Source of the DNA: a virus
Lineage: Duplodnaviria > Caudoviricetes
Reading direction: 5' to 3' (one strand)
Length of the DNA stretch: 64,000 nucleotides
Virus record (IMG/VR): IMGVR_UViG_3300032050_000002
Every line of letters starts with the position of its first letter. Position 1 is the stretch's first letter. The translations under genes and the position numbers were made by a program. A model generated the notes under the pieces. It saw only the letters and a list, made by a program, of their open reading frames with translations, did not search any database and was not told the origin of the DNA. Shown here one piece after another: positions 1 to 8,489 of the stretch.

Positions 1-2
1 AT

Positions 3-59
3 GAAACTGATGATGAACTTATTAATATGTATACTAATTTGAGATATAATAGAAAATAA
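3..59 (+). CDS. 3' end of a CDS running in from the left window edge
   Basis: Frame ETDDELINMYTNLRYNRK* is open from the edge to TAA 57-59. Confidence 0.4.
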   Translation, partial: ETDDELINMYTNLRYNRK

Positions 60-161
60 TAATACTTTAAACAACCATTATATTAGAAGGGTCTAAAACT
101 GAAAAAAAAATCTGGAAAAAATTTTATAAAATTCAATATATTTATATATAAAAAATACATT

Positions 162-662
162 ATGAAAAAAACTATACGATTAACAGAATCAGATTTGATT
201 CGACTCGTTAAACGAGTTGTTAATGAACGAGAAGAAGGTGAGAATATGATTCGTATCCCAAAAGAATATGGTGGAGTTGTAATGGAACTTGGGAAATCCT
301 CAACACCTGAAGAAATTATGGACAGTTATAATACAATGGTTGAGGAAGGAACCCCACTTGTAAGTTATTCTGATGGTGTATTCTATAATCAGAATGATGA
401 AGAGATTTCTGTGGATGTGGTACTTGATGAATTGAATTATTCAATTACAGGTGGTGAGGAAGATGATGATACGATAGGACCCTCACCTAAAAGAAAAAGA
501 TTTGGTGATGGAGGTGAATCCGAGTTTTTCTTAACGGATAATATTATATTTAAACGTTTTAACGGTAGATTGGGTTTCTTCTACCAACCATCAAAAAATG
601 GTGGAGGTATTAGTTTATCAGACGAACAAAAGGAAATGTTAATTAATTTTTTATCTAAATAA
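162..662 (+). CDS. Hypothetical protein with N-terminal KKTIRLTESDL motif (putative virion-targeted)
   Basis: 166-aa ORF; upstream TATTTATA; N-terminal motif shared with many ORFs here. Confidence 0.8.
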   Translation: MKKTIRLTESDLIRLVKRVVNEREEGENMIRIPKEYGGVVMELGKSSTPEEIMDSYNTMVEEGTPLVSYSDGVFYNQNDEEISVDVVLDELNYSITGGEEDDDTIGPSPKRKRFGDGGESEFFLTDNIIFKRFNGRLGFFYQPSKNGGGISLSDEQKEMLINFLSK

Positions 663-702
663 AAAATATTGAGCCCCTCTCAATAAAAGAATTGTTAAAA
701 CG

Positions 703-733
703 ACCCCATCTTATTTTAGGTGGGGTTTTTTAT
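703..733 (+). terminator. Intrinsic terminator
   Basis: ACCCCA(TC)...(GG)TGGGGT stem followed by a T tract. Confidence 0.7.
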
Positions 734-749
734 TTTAAAAAAAAATTAT

Positions 750-757
750 TATCTTTG
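750..757 (+). promoter_or_regulatory. Bacteroidota sigma-A -7 element (TATCTTTG)
   Basis: TAnnTTTG 4 nt upstream of ATG 762. Confidence 0.7.
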
Positions 758-761
758 TGGT

Positions 762-1226
762 ATGATTTCGGATAAATTAAAACAGGTTATCTTTAAGGAG
801 TTATATTATCAACTTGGTAAGGTTGAGATTATTCCTTATCAAGATAGTATATTTTTTATCCATAGGGAAAATAAGTATTGGTATTTTGAATTTGAAAAGT
901 GTGGAAGGTTATGGTGGAGATACGATTTCTTTAATGATTTTTTTAAGATATTTTCTTTAAGTATTGAGGACTATACAAAGATTATTTCTGAATGGGTGGA
1001 AGAGGTATTAAATCATAAGGTATCTACAACGCAGGTTGCGACTTCAATTGGAATCGAAGAGGCGGAAGAGGTATTAAATTGTAAGGTATCTACAACTAAT
1101 TCATACTTCACTCACTCTATTGAAAAGGTGGAAGAAGTATTAAATCATAAGGTATCTACAACTTCAATGTTTGAAATTGATGATGATAATAGTGTGGAAG
1201 AGATATTATCACATACTAATAAATAA
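762..1226 (+). CDS. Hypothetical protein with C-terminal 22-aa repeats (EEVLNHKVSTT + variable 10-11 aa)
   Basis: Start moved to ATG 762 behind the promoter; paralog of the next ORF. Confidence 0.8.
   Translation: MISDKLKQVIFKELYYQLGKVEIIPYQDSIFFIHRENKYWYFEFEKCGRLWWRYDFFNDFFKIFSLSIEDYTKIISEWVEEVLNHKVSTTQVATSIGIEEAEEVLNCKVSTTNSYFTHSIEKVEEVLNHKVSTTSMFEIDDDNSVEEILSHTNK
995..1226 (+). repeat. CRISPR-like array inside a CDS: 3 near-identical 36-bp repeats plus a degenerate fourth, with three unrelated 30-bp spacers
   Basis: Repeats at 995-1030, 1061-1096, 1127-1162 (consensus GGTGGAAGAGGTATTAAATCATAAGGTATCTACAAC), degenerate copy from 1193; no cas gene in the window. Confidence 0.75.
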
Positions 1227-1234
1227 ATTTAAAG

Positions 1235-1756
1235 ATGGTATCGGATAAGTTAAAACAAATTATCTTTAATGAGTTATATACACAACTAAAGGATGTTGAG
1301 ATTATTCCTTATAATGGGAGCGTATGGTTTATTAATAGAGATGAGAAGTATTGGTATCTTGAATTAAATCCTAATAATCATTTATGGTGGAGGTATTCTT
1401 TCTTTGTGGATTTTTTTCATTTGTTTTCCCTTGAGATTAAAGAATATGAACCCCTTATTAGAGAATGGACCGAAAATATATTAAATCATAAGATATCTAA
1501 AATCACAATAGGTCATTATGGGTGCAGACAATTGCTCGAACAGATGTTAGATTGTAATATTGAAAGCTCCAATCATTCTGAATATAATATTGAGTTTGTT
1601 TCTAATTATAATATCCTAACAACTGGTGGAAATGGTTTTCACTATGATAAACTATTTGATAATGTTTTGGAAACCACTAAGATTGAAAGTTCTTCTTTCG
1701 CTAAGGTTACCCTTACCAAAAATATCGATATTATCTTAAATCAACCGGATGTATAG
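1235..1756 (+). CDS. Paralog of the 762-1226 protein with degenerate ~22-aa repeats
   Basis: Shared N-terminus SDKLKQxIFxELY...EIIPY...KYWY...LWWRY. Confidence 0.8.
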   Translation: MVSDKLKQIIFNELYTQLKDVEIIPYNGSVWFINRDEKYWYLELNPNNHLWWRYSFFVDFFHLFSLEIKEYEPLIREWTENILNHKISKITIGHYGCRQLLEQMLDCNIESSNHSEYNIEFVSNYNILTTGGNGFHYDKLFDNVLETTKIESSSFAKVTLTKNIDIILNQPDV

Positions 1757-1834
1757 ACCGACCCGTCCGAACTCACTTCGTTCGTGGTTCAATCCCCCCG
1801 CCCCCTTTTTTTGCTTAATGATATATTTATTGTT

Positions 1835-2218
1835 ATGAAATTTATAATAACGGAATCACAAGATGAAATGCTTAAGTTGGAAAGACAGTCCGATATTTTG
1901 TATAAATTATTTGAAATGATGTATCCTGACAATTATGATGTGGTGAGAGAATCATCTCGTTATGGTGATGAAACTGAAGTATATTCTAATGAAGAACGTG
2001 ACCAATTATTATTTTATTATAAATGGAGAAATAAAGAGTTTTATATTGGGACTACTTTTATTCAAGAGTTGTATGATATAACCCATCTTGATTTTTTAAA
2101 TCCTGGGTTATTAGAAACAGGGTCACCTGAAAGAGAAGAGTTTGATAATATGATTAAGGTTTTTGCCAAAATACATTATGGGTGGACCGTAAATAAAGTT
2201 TGGCTTCATTGGTATTAA
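1835..2218 (+). CDS. Hypothetical protein (MKFIITESQ motif)
   Basis: Start moved to ATG 1835 after TATTTATT. Confidence 0.75.
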   Translation: MKFIITESQDEMLKLERQSDILYKLFEMMYPDNYDVVRESSRYGDETEVYSNEERDQLLFYYKWRNKEFYIGTTFIQELYDITHLDFLNPGLLETGSPEREEFDNMIKVFAKIHYGWTVNKVWLHWY

Positions 2219-2234
2219 AATATATTTATATTAT

Positions 2235-2570
2235 ATGAATCTTGGTGAATTATCAAACGCTCTTGAAAAATTATATAACTCAGTTGGTAACAAATATCTA
2301 ACGAGTAACTTTATTACCGAACCTTTTGAGTTCAAGGTTAATGTTATATATGATAGGGATAATGATATGTATGATTATATTATTAAAGTTTATAGCAATC
2401 CCGATATCCCCGAAGAATTTTTTTATAAACCCGAAGTCAAAGAAGAAAAGAACACAGATGGAATTCATATTTCAGTTTTGAAAAGTAAATTCAAAGAGTT
2501 AATACAATATGTTGAACCGAATTCCAAAAGATACTATGGGATTGAATTTATGAATAAGAAAAAGAAATGA
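2235..2570 (+). CDS. Hypothetical protein
   Basis: 111-aa ORF after TATTTATA. Confidence 0.7.
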   Translation: MNLGELSNALEKLYNSVGNKYLTSNFITEPFEFKVNVIYDRDNDMYDYIIKVYSNPDIPEEFFYKPEVKEEKNTDGIHISVLKSKFKELIQYVEPNSKRYYGIEFMNKKKK

Positions 2571-2914
2571 AATTTATAATATCCGAACATAGACTAGACA
2601 AATTAATATATTCATTTATTGATGAACATGTTAAAGATATGTTTAATAGAACACTTCCAGATAGTTTTATTGTATATAGTAAAAATACCGAAAATGAGTT
2701 TGATGATGATTTCGTTAAATTGGAATATGATAACTTTGACGGTAGATTATATATTGAAGACGGTTTTATAGGATTAATTTCTGATATGTTTGGTCTTCAT
2801 CCTACTGAAGCAATGGTTAAAATTCACGATTGGTTTGAGGACTATGAAGGAATTAGAGCTAAGTATTTAGAAGGTTGGTATAACGGTAAAAAGCACAAAA
2901 TTGATATGGAATAA
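2567..2914 (+). CDS. Hypothetical protein (MKFIISE motif)
   Basis: 115-aa ORF, ATGA overlap with the previous stop. Confidence 0.7.
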   Translation: MKFIISEHRLDKLIYSFIDEHVKDMFNRTLPDSFIVYSKNTENEFDDDFVKLEYDNFDGRLYIEDGFIGLISDMFGLHPTEAMVKIHDWFEDYEGIRAKYLEGWYNGKKHKIDME

Positions 2915-2960
2915 CTTACCATACTTTACACATTCCTTTTTTTATCCTATAATTCTTCTT

Positions 2961-3317
2961 ATGAAAAAATATCTTACACTTAAAAACTTGGGATGGTTAT
3001 TGACCATACTTGTTTCCGTTATGTTGGGAAGTTCTGCCCTGTCCAAATTACTTGGTACAAAAGAAATGATTGACAATTTTACATTTATGAATCTTCTACC
3101 CTATCTTGATTTATTAGGTATGGTTGAACTTGCTGGTGTAATTATGTTTATCGTTCCAAAAACATCTAAGTACGGTACGGTTCTATTATCTTCTTATTTA
3201 TCAGGAGCGGTTGCAATTCATCTTGCTATGATGGGAGGACAAGGAATTTTTATTCCGTTCTTATTGGGAGTTGTTGTATGGACGGGACATTGTCTTAGAA
3301 CTTATACTAAAGACTAA
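2961..3317 (+). CDS. DoxX-like membrane protein
   Basis: Four hydrophobic segments; S..SKL and LGMVELAG patterns typical of the DoxX-like family; start moved to ATG 2961. Confidence 0.65.
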   Translation: MKKYLTLKNLGWLLTILVSVMLGSSALSKLLGTKEMIDNFTFMNLLPYLDLLGMVELAGVIMFIVPKTSKYGTVLLSSYLSGAVAIHLAMMGGQGIFIPFLLGVVVWTGHCLRTYTKD

Positions 3318-3337
3318 CGATTAAACCAGTTAATTTT

Positions 3338-3367
3338 AAAACCCATATATTTTTTATGGGTTTTTTT
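3338..3367 (+). terminator. Intrinsic terminator
   Basis: AAAACCCATA...TATGGGTTTT stem plus T tract. Confidence 0.65.
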
Positions 3368-3398
3368 ATTTTACAATATATTTATATAAAAAAAAATT

Positions 3399-4106
3399 GT
3401 GAAACACTTATTAAATAATTTATCCGAAGAGGAAAAAAATAGAATTAGAGAACAACACGAAGGTGGAATGAAAGTTAATACCGAAAAGTTTAAATCTTTA
3501 TTAGAGTCAAAACTTGGAAATGCAAAACCATTGTTATCTGAGGCGGCCATCGAGTCTGAAATGGGTTCACTCCTCAATCAAGTAAAATCGATGGAAAAAA
3601 GTACACCTATTGGAGGATTATTATCAGTTCAAGCTTCAGGTGATAAAATTACCGCAAAACCTAAAAACAGTACAAATCCACCTTTAAGTATCGCATTATC
3701 TAGTCCTGAATTACCATCTTTAAGAATGGCGGGAGTTAAACAATATGGTGATACTATTTTCATAAATGCTAAAATTAAATTAAGAGATATTGGAAATATG
3801 GGATTAGTTGCTATTACTAAATTAGGTAGTATTACTATTGATATTTATGACGCAACAGGAAAAGTTAGATATACTGGTGAACAGTCTGAAGACGAAATAG
3901 GGTGGACAGGTTTAAGTGATAGTCAAGCAAAAAAGTTAGGATATAAAGACAGCGATGATATTATTTTAGGATTATATCTTGGTTTAGGCGCTGGAGGGGT
4001 TACTAGAATTTTAGATGCGTTACAAAAAGTACAATACAAACCGGGCGTTGTAAGTTCAATTAAAATACCTGTGGTTGGAAAAACAATTAATATTTCAAGA
4101 GTTTAA
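3399..4106 (+). CDS. Hypothetical protein (LSEEEKNRIREQH motif), GTG start
   Basis: 235-aa ORF after TATTTATA. Confidence 0.75.
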   Translation: MKHLLNNLSEEEKNRIREQHEGGMKVNTEKFKSLLESKLGNAKPLLSEAAIESEMGSLLNQVKSMEKSTPIGGLLSVQASGDKITAKPKNSTNPPLSIALSSPELPSLRMAGVKQYGDTIFINAKIKLRDIGNMGLVAITKLGSITIDIYDATGKVRYTGEQSEDEIGWTGLSDSQAKKLGYKDSDDIILGLYLGLGAGGVTRILDALQKVQYKPGVVSSIKIPVVGKTINISRV

Positions 4107-4108
4107 TT

Positions 4109-4399
4109 ATGAAAAAATTTATTATAACTGAAGAAGAAAAAAATAACATTTTAAAAATGCACAAAAAACATATCTTAAAAGAACAAGGAGATATGTTTGA
4201 CAAATATTTGGATATTGTATCTGATAAATTTGGAGGAGAAATATGTGACCCATCAAATAAAAATAATAAATATAAATTTGATGAAGACGTTAAGAATTTT
4301 CAAAAAGCGATTAACATAAAATATCCGGATACCAAAATGAAAGAAGATGGTATTTTAAATGCCGATGTTATAGAATATCTTTGTTATAGTGCAAATTAG
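4109..4399 (+). CDS. Small protein with ITEEEK motif and a peptidoglycan-binding-like helical domain
   Basis: DVKNFQKAIN...EDGILNADV resembles PG_binding_1 (VKxFQ...DGI). Confidence 0.55.
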   Translation: MKKFIITEEEKNNILKMHKKHILKEQGDMFDKYLDIVSDKFGGEICDPSNKNNKYKFDEDVKNFQKAINIKYPDTKMKEDGILNADVIEYLCYSAN

Positions 4400-4427
4400 C
4401 CCCACCAATGATAGTATCGTTGGTCCG

Positions 4428-4454
4428 ACCTCATCTTAATTGATGAGGTTTTTT
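4428..4454 (+). terminator. Intrinsic terminator preceded by an extra hairpin
   Basis: ACCTCATC-TTAATT-GATGAGGT-TTTTT; upstream hairpin CCAATGAT-AGT-ATCGTTGG. Confidence 0.7.
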
Positions 4455-4475
4455 ATTTTTATTATATTTATAACT

Positions 4476-4841
4476 ATGAAAGTAATCATAAAAGAATCTC
4501 GATTAAAAACTTATTTAGATAAGGTACATAATTTTGATTTAACAGGTAAAGTTAAATTGATTACGTCTTATGACGATATGCCGGATGTGTTTAAAGGATA
4601 TATAACCGAAAAAATGTATAATCACGTTACGGAAAGAATTAAAGAACCTTTTTTTGCACTTAAACTTAAAGATAAAATATTGGATGGTGTGTATTTATAC
4701 CGACACGGTAAGAAAACAAACACAACTTTAGTTATGGACGCTTATGGTTTTTTAGGAGATGAAGAAACTATTATGGATAAAATCAATTACCCGATAGGTC
4801 TTGGAATTGAACTTGATGAATTATTTATGTTGTATGTATAA
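4476..4841 (+). CDS. Hypothetical protein (MKVIIKES motif)
   Basis: Start moved to ATG 4476 after TATTTATA. Confidence 0.7.
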   Translation: MKVIIKESRLKTYLDKVHNFDLTGKVKLITSYDDMPDVFKGYITEKMYNHVTERIKEPFFALKLKDKILDGVYLYRHGKKTNTTLVMDAYGFLGDEETIMDKINYPIGLGIELDELFMLYV

Positions 4842-4894
4842 TTTTTTAAATTCTAAATATATTTATATATAAATAAAATTAATAAAAAAAAATA

Positions 4895-5185
4895 ATGGCA
4901 AAAAGAGTAATAAAATTAACTGAGTCGGATTTAATGAGACTTGTTAAGAAAGTAGTTAGTGAACAATCAACGTATACAAATCAAAGTGACCCAACTTTAG
5001 ATAAAGTATTAATGAGACTTAAAAATATGGGGTATGCGGTTAATACAAATACAAAAAATTTTCCTAAAGACGGTGAAACTTTAGACACCTACGTAATTTT
5101 TGAAAAAGAAGGTGAAGATGGTAAGTTTCATAGAGTTACTTATGAAGTTTATCCGGCTGGTGATTCAGGTGTTACATCTAAATAA
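4895..5185 (+). CDS. Hypothetical protein (KRVIKLTESDL motif)
   Basis: 96-aa ORF after TATTTATA. Confidence 0.75.
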   Translation: MAKRVIKLTESDLMRLVKKVVSEQSTYTNQSDPTLDKVLMRLKNMGYAVNTNTKNFPKDGETLDTYVIFEKEGEDGKFHRVTYEVYPAGDSGVTSK

Positions 5186-5216
5186 AATTAAACCTATCAT
5201 TCATAATATTTTCTGA

Positions 5217-5243
5217 AAAACCCCTCCAAATGAGGGGTTTTTT
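5217..5243 (+). terminator. Intrinsic terminator
   Basis: AAAACCCCTC-CAAAT-GAGGGGTTTT-TT. Confidence 0.75.
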
Positions 5244-5256
5244 ATTTTCTAAAATA

Positions 5257-5290
5257 TTTTTGGCAGATTCACAAAAAGTCCTTATCTTTG
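5257..5290 (+). promoter_or_regulatory. Bacteroidota sigma-A promoter, apparently leaderless
   Basis: TTTGGCAGATT upstream, TATCTTTG at 5283-5290, ATG at 5295. Confidence 0.75.
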
Positions 5291-5294
5291 TATT

Positions 5295-5429
5295 ATGAAA
5301 ATGAATGATATATTTGATGAAGGATTTGATTCCTTCTTTGATGGTGAAAGTGAGAACCCATACTCTATTGGTGATATTAGATATAAGGTTTGGGAATTAG
5401 GATATAATAACGCAAAATCAGGAAACTGA
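5295..5429 (+). CDS. 44-aa ribosome-modulation-factor (RMF)-like micro-ORF, not in the supplied track
   Basis: MKMNDIFDEGFDSFFDGESENPYSIGDIRYKVWELGYNNAKSGN fits the RMF pattern G(Y/F)...G...PY...W..G(W/Y)..A. Confidence 0.55.
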   Translation: MKMNDIFDEGFDSFFDGESENPYSIGDIRYKVWELGYNNAKSGN

Positions 5430-5431
5430 GA

Positions 5432-5534
5432 GAATTAAGTAGTGAATAGTCGGACTTTCTAGAGGTCAAAGCCGAAATGGATATGGTGCCCGAGACGGGT
5501 TCACGTTGTGGGTTCGAATCCCACCTTAATTCCA
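5432..5534 (+). ncRNA. tRNA-like RNA with acceptor stem and T-arm but no D or anticodon arm
   Basis: GAATTAAG/CTTAATTC 8-bp stem; GTGGG-TTCGAAT-CCCAC T-arm; GTGAA/TTCAC arm enclosing two hairpins. Confidence 0.65.
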
Positions 5535-5549
5535 ACAAATTTAAAACAA

Positions 5550-5774
5550 ATGAAAACATACACAGAAACAACATTAAGTGACTTCCAAGCGTGGAGTGGA
5601 GGTAAAGACACACAAGAAATTATTTTAGAACACGGTAAAGAAAAAGATTTTGACTATCTTATGGAAGAACTATATCCTGATGGTCTTAGTGAAACTCAAC
5701 TTAACGATATCCTTTGGTTTGAATCGGATTGGTTATTTGAAAATTTAGGGATTAATTTAGACGAAGAAGAATAA
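5550..5774 (+). CDS. Conserved-looking hypothetical protein (FQAWSGG...ELYPDG...LNDILWF)
   Basis: Start moved to ATG 5550, since the upstream extension lies in the RNA element. Confidence 0.7.
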   Translation: MKTYTETTLSDFQAWSGGKDTQEIILEHGKEKDFDYLMEELYPDGLSETQLNDILWFESDWLFENLGINLDEEE

Positions 5775-5793
5775 TAATTTAAAAACAAAAACT

Positions 5794-6147
5794 ATGACAA
5801 TTGAACAAATTAAAACAGAAATGAACTCATTAATGGAAAAAGTATCACAGTTAGAAAAAAATAATGCAAATGTTGCATTAACGCAAGAACAATTAACTAA
5901 GATAGTTAAAACAGTGGTTGAGGACACGACAAGGGAAATTAGAGATAATATTAGAGGAAACATTGATTTCATTGATGATTACGTTGAGTTAAGTATGGAT
6001 AACAGAGAAGTGTATGTTGATGTTAATCAACGTTCAATTGAAGATGAGATTGTGTCTATGGTTGACGCTAATGGTCTTACTCACGCTATGGATGATGAAC
6101 TATTAGAAGACTATGTTGCCAATTTAATCTTGAGAGTTACTCTATGA
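5794..6147 (+). CDS. Hypothetical protein with N-terminal coiled coil
   Basis: 117-aa ORF. Confidence 0.7.
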   Translation: MTIEQIKTEMNSLMEKVSQLEKNNANVALTQEQLTKIVKTVVEDTTREIRDNIRGNIDFIDDYVELSMDNREVYVDVNQRSIEDEIVSMVDANGLTHAMDDELLEDYVANLILRVTL

Positions 6148-6332
6148 CAAATAAGGAAGTTGAAAAAATAAGATTGGAGGCTTTACTCGGTAGTGTTGAA
6201 AAATACCTCAACTTTATGGTTGAGTTCAGTAAGAAACCTGATTACCGAGGAGATTTAAGTGAAGAGATTAAAAGACTTAAAGATGAATCCGACTCAATTA
6301 AAGATAGGTTAATGGAATTAACCCCACTGTAA
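6144..6332 (+). CDS. Hypothetical protein
   Basis: 62-aa ORF, ATGA overlap. Confidence 0.6.
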   Translation: MTNKEVEKIRLEALLGSVEKYLNFMVEFSKKPDYRGDLSEEIKRLKDESDSIKDRLMELTPL

Positions 6333-6361
6333 AAAAGTGGGGTTTTGATGTATTTATATGT

Positions 6362-6754
6362 ATGAAAAAACTATCAGATAACGAAAAGATAGAGAGAATG
6401 GTTAAAATAATGACCGATTACTTTAATGTTAATAATAAGGTAAAAGGTGATTATGCCGATTGGGATGATAATGGGATAATTTATACATTCAAATTTGTTC
6501 CTGTAGAAATGGTAGTTAATAAAAACTTAGGAGAGTTTTATACAACAGAAAACTGCGAGTTTGAGGGACATATAAAATTAAGAGTTACTGATATACAAGT
6601 TAGTGATTATGATGAATCAGATTGGGAACAAATGAATTATGAGGATGATTTACCTGAATTTGTTTGGGAAGGTGAACTTGAAAACATTGAGGATGAATTG
6701 TATCAATATTTACCTCAAATATGTTTAAGAGCAAAATTTGTCTTTAACGATTAA
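6362..6754 (+). CDS. Hypothetical acidic protein
   Basis: 130-aa ORF after TATTTATA. Confidence 0.7.
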   Translation: MKKLSDNEKIERMVKIMTDYFNVNNKVKGDYADWDDNGIIYTFKFVPVEMVVNKNLGEFYTTENCEFEGHIKLRVTDIQVSDYDESDWEQMNYEDDLPEFVWEGELENIEDELYQYLPQICLRAKFVFND

Positions 6755-6772
6755 ATACTATATTTATACTAG

Positions 6773-7939
6773 ATGAGAGAATTAATAAGACAAGTATTAA
6801 GAGAGGCTTTAGGTGTACCATCAGGTTCTATTGAATCTGGTGAAATATTATATGACTTAATATTAAAAAAATTAAAAGTCCTTCCAATAGATTTGGATGA
6901 GGATTCCACTTTTAATATGAGAACAAATTTTAGTATATCAGATTATAAAATTAAAAAAGTTATATTAAATATTACTTTTCATAAAGACAATGCAATTCCT
7001 GATGTTCATTACTATTCTATGGGTTTTAAATCTGTATCAAGATATGACCCAACAAGAAGACCAAGATTAATTAATATTATCCAACCAAATACAATTGACG
7101 TAATGATTAATTTTGCCGGACCTGAAGATACTCAAAGAAAAGATTTAATAAACTATTTTAAAAGTGATAAGACAGATATTGTAAGTTCTTTAAGTCACGA
7201 ACTTGGACACGCATATAATATCTATAAGAAAAAATTTACAGGTATTGGCTCACAAGCAGAATATAATGCTTATCAAAAAATTTCATTTCCTTTTTATGAA
7301 ATTAGACAATTTATGTTTAATCTTTATTACATTCATTCTGTTGAAAATATTGTAAGACCTATTGAAGTTGCATCACTTATGAGAAGTAGTAATGTGAATA
7401 GAGAAAATTTTTACGATTTTATTACCAATAATAAAACATATGCCAAACTAAAAGAGATTGGTAATTTTTCGGTGGATAAAATGATTGAGAGTCTTAAATT
7501 AGAATCCGATAAGATTAGAGAGTTTTTAGACCATATTGGAGTTGATACTGATAATTTAGAAACTGATGATGAATTAGTTAATGAGCTATTAAGAATTGTC
7601 TATGTTAATATTGCCAACAATAAGGTTGAGATTGCAAAACAAATGATGACGACAAATGCTTTTGAAGATTTAATGGGATTTATGGGAAGTAAGGAAGAAT
7701 TTTTTCATAAGTTAGCATCTGGATTTGTTAAATATCAAGAAAGGCCAATCGATTTCTTTAGAAGAGAAGAAAGAAACTTTAAAACAATTTCAGAAAAAAT
7801 GATAAAGAAAATTTCCAAATTATATGATATGGCAAAAGTAGACAGCTCCTCAATTAAAGATTGGGATTTACATCATAAAATAAATAAAACCGGGGAACAG
7901 TTTGAAACCGAGATTAAGTTTAAAAGAAAATTAAGATGA
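6773..7939 (+). CDS. Hypothetical protein with HExxH motif (putative zincin-like)
   Basis: LSHELGHAY; N-terminal MRELIRQVLRE. Confidence 0.6.
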   Translation: MRELIRQVLREALGVPSGSIESGEILYDLILKKLKVLPIDLDEDSTFNMRTNFSISDYKIKKVILNITFHKDNAIPDVHYYSMGFKSVSRYDPTRRPRLINIIQPNTIDVMINFAGPEDTQRKDLINYFKSDKTDIVSSLSHELGHAYNIYKKKFTGIGSQAEYNAYQKISFPFYEIRQFMFNLYYIHSVENIVRPIEVASLMRSSNVNRENFYDFITNNKTYAKLKEIGNFSVDKMIESLKLESDKIREFLDHIGVDTDNLETDDELVNELLRIVYVNIANNKVEIAKQMMTTNAFEDLMGFMGSKEEFFHKLASGFVKYQERPIDFFRREERNFKTISEKMIKKISKLYDMAKVDSSSIKDWDLHHKINKTGEQFETEIKFKRKLR

Positions 7940-8487
7940 AAATAATAATATCCGAAGACCAAAGAATTAGATTATTATATGAACAAGGTTCATTTGACAA
8001 ATTTGATAAAATATTTTCAAGCTCAGACTCCGCGGAAACGTTTAATCAAAGTCAAAAAGAAATGTGGACTAAACTTAGAAATTTAAATCCTTCGGCATTC
8101 GATTTCGCGGTTCAAATTGGTCTATGGTTTGTTCCTTTTGTTGGACCATACCTATCAGCGACTTATGGCACGGTACAAGGTGTTAATACTTTACAAGATG
8201 GTTATAAAAATAAAGACAATAACAAAATAACTGCAGGAATTATTGAGATTATAACAGGTCCTTTATTTTTGGCTAGAGCAGTTAAAGCACTTAAAGCGCT
8301 TGGAGCAACTGACGAAATTTTATCAGTTTTAACAAAAATAAATAAATTAGGTATTCCTATTTTAATAAGTAAAGGTAAAGAAACTTTTTTAAAATGGGTT
8401 GCCACTAATTTTCCTAAAGAACAAAAATTTATTTCTGATTTAATTAATAATAAAAAAACTCTAAATCAAATAATATTTTCAAAATAA
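7936..8487 (+). CDS. Hypothetical protein (MKIIISE motif) with a hydrophobic glycine-rich hairpin
   Basis: 183-aa ORF; IGLWFVPFVGPYLSATYG segment. Confidence 0.7.
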   Translation: MKIIISEDQRIRLLYEQGSFDKFDKIFSSSDSAETFNQSQKEMWTKLRNLNPSAFDFAVQIGLWFVPFVGPYLSATYGTVQGVNTLQDGYKNKDNNKITAGIIEIITGPLFLARAVKALKALGATDEILSVLTKINKLGIPILISKGKETFLKWVATNFPKEQKFISDLINNKKTLNQIIFSK

Positions 8488-8489
8488 TT

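Noticed and set aside
995-1226. Calling the repeat a bona fide CRISPR locus
   Set aside because: No cas genes or leader in the window, repeats carry substitutions and the array is in frame in a CDS; kept as CRISPR-like repeat and as a finding.
5394-5534. A longer intron-containing tRNA starting at GGAATTAGG 5394
   Set aside because: That stretch lies inside the 44-aa ORF (WELG) and the closer GAATTAAG at 5432 pairs better; no intron core is visible.
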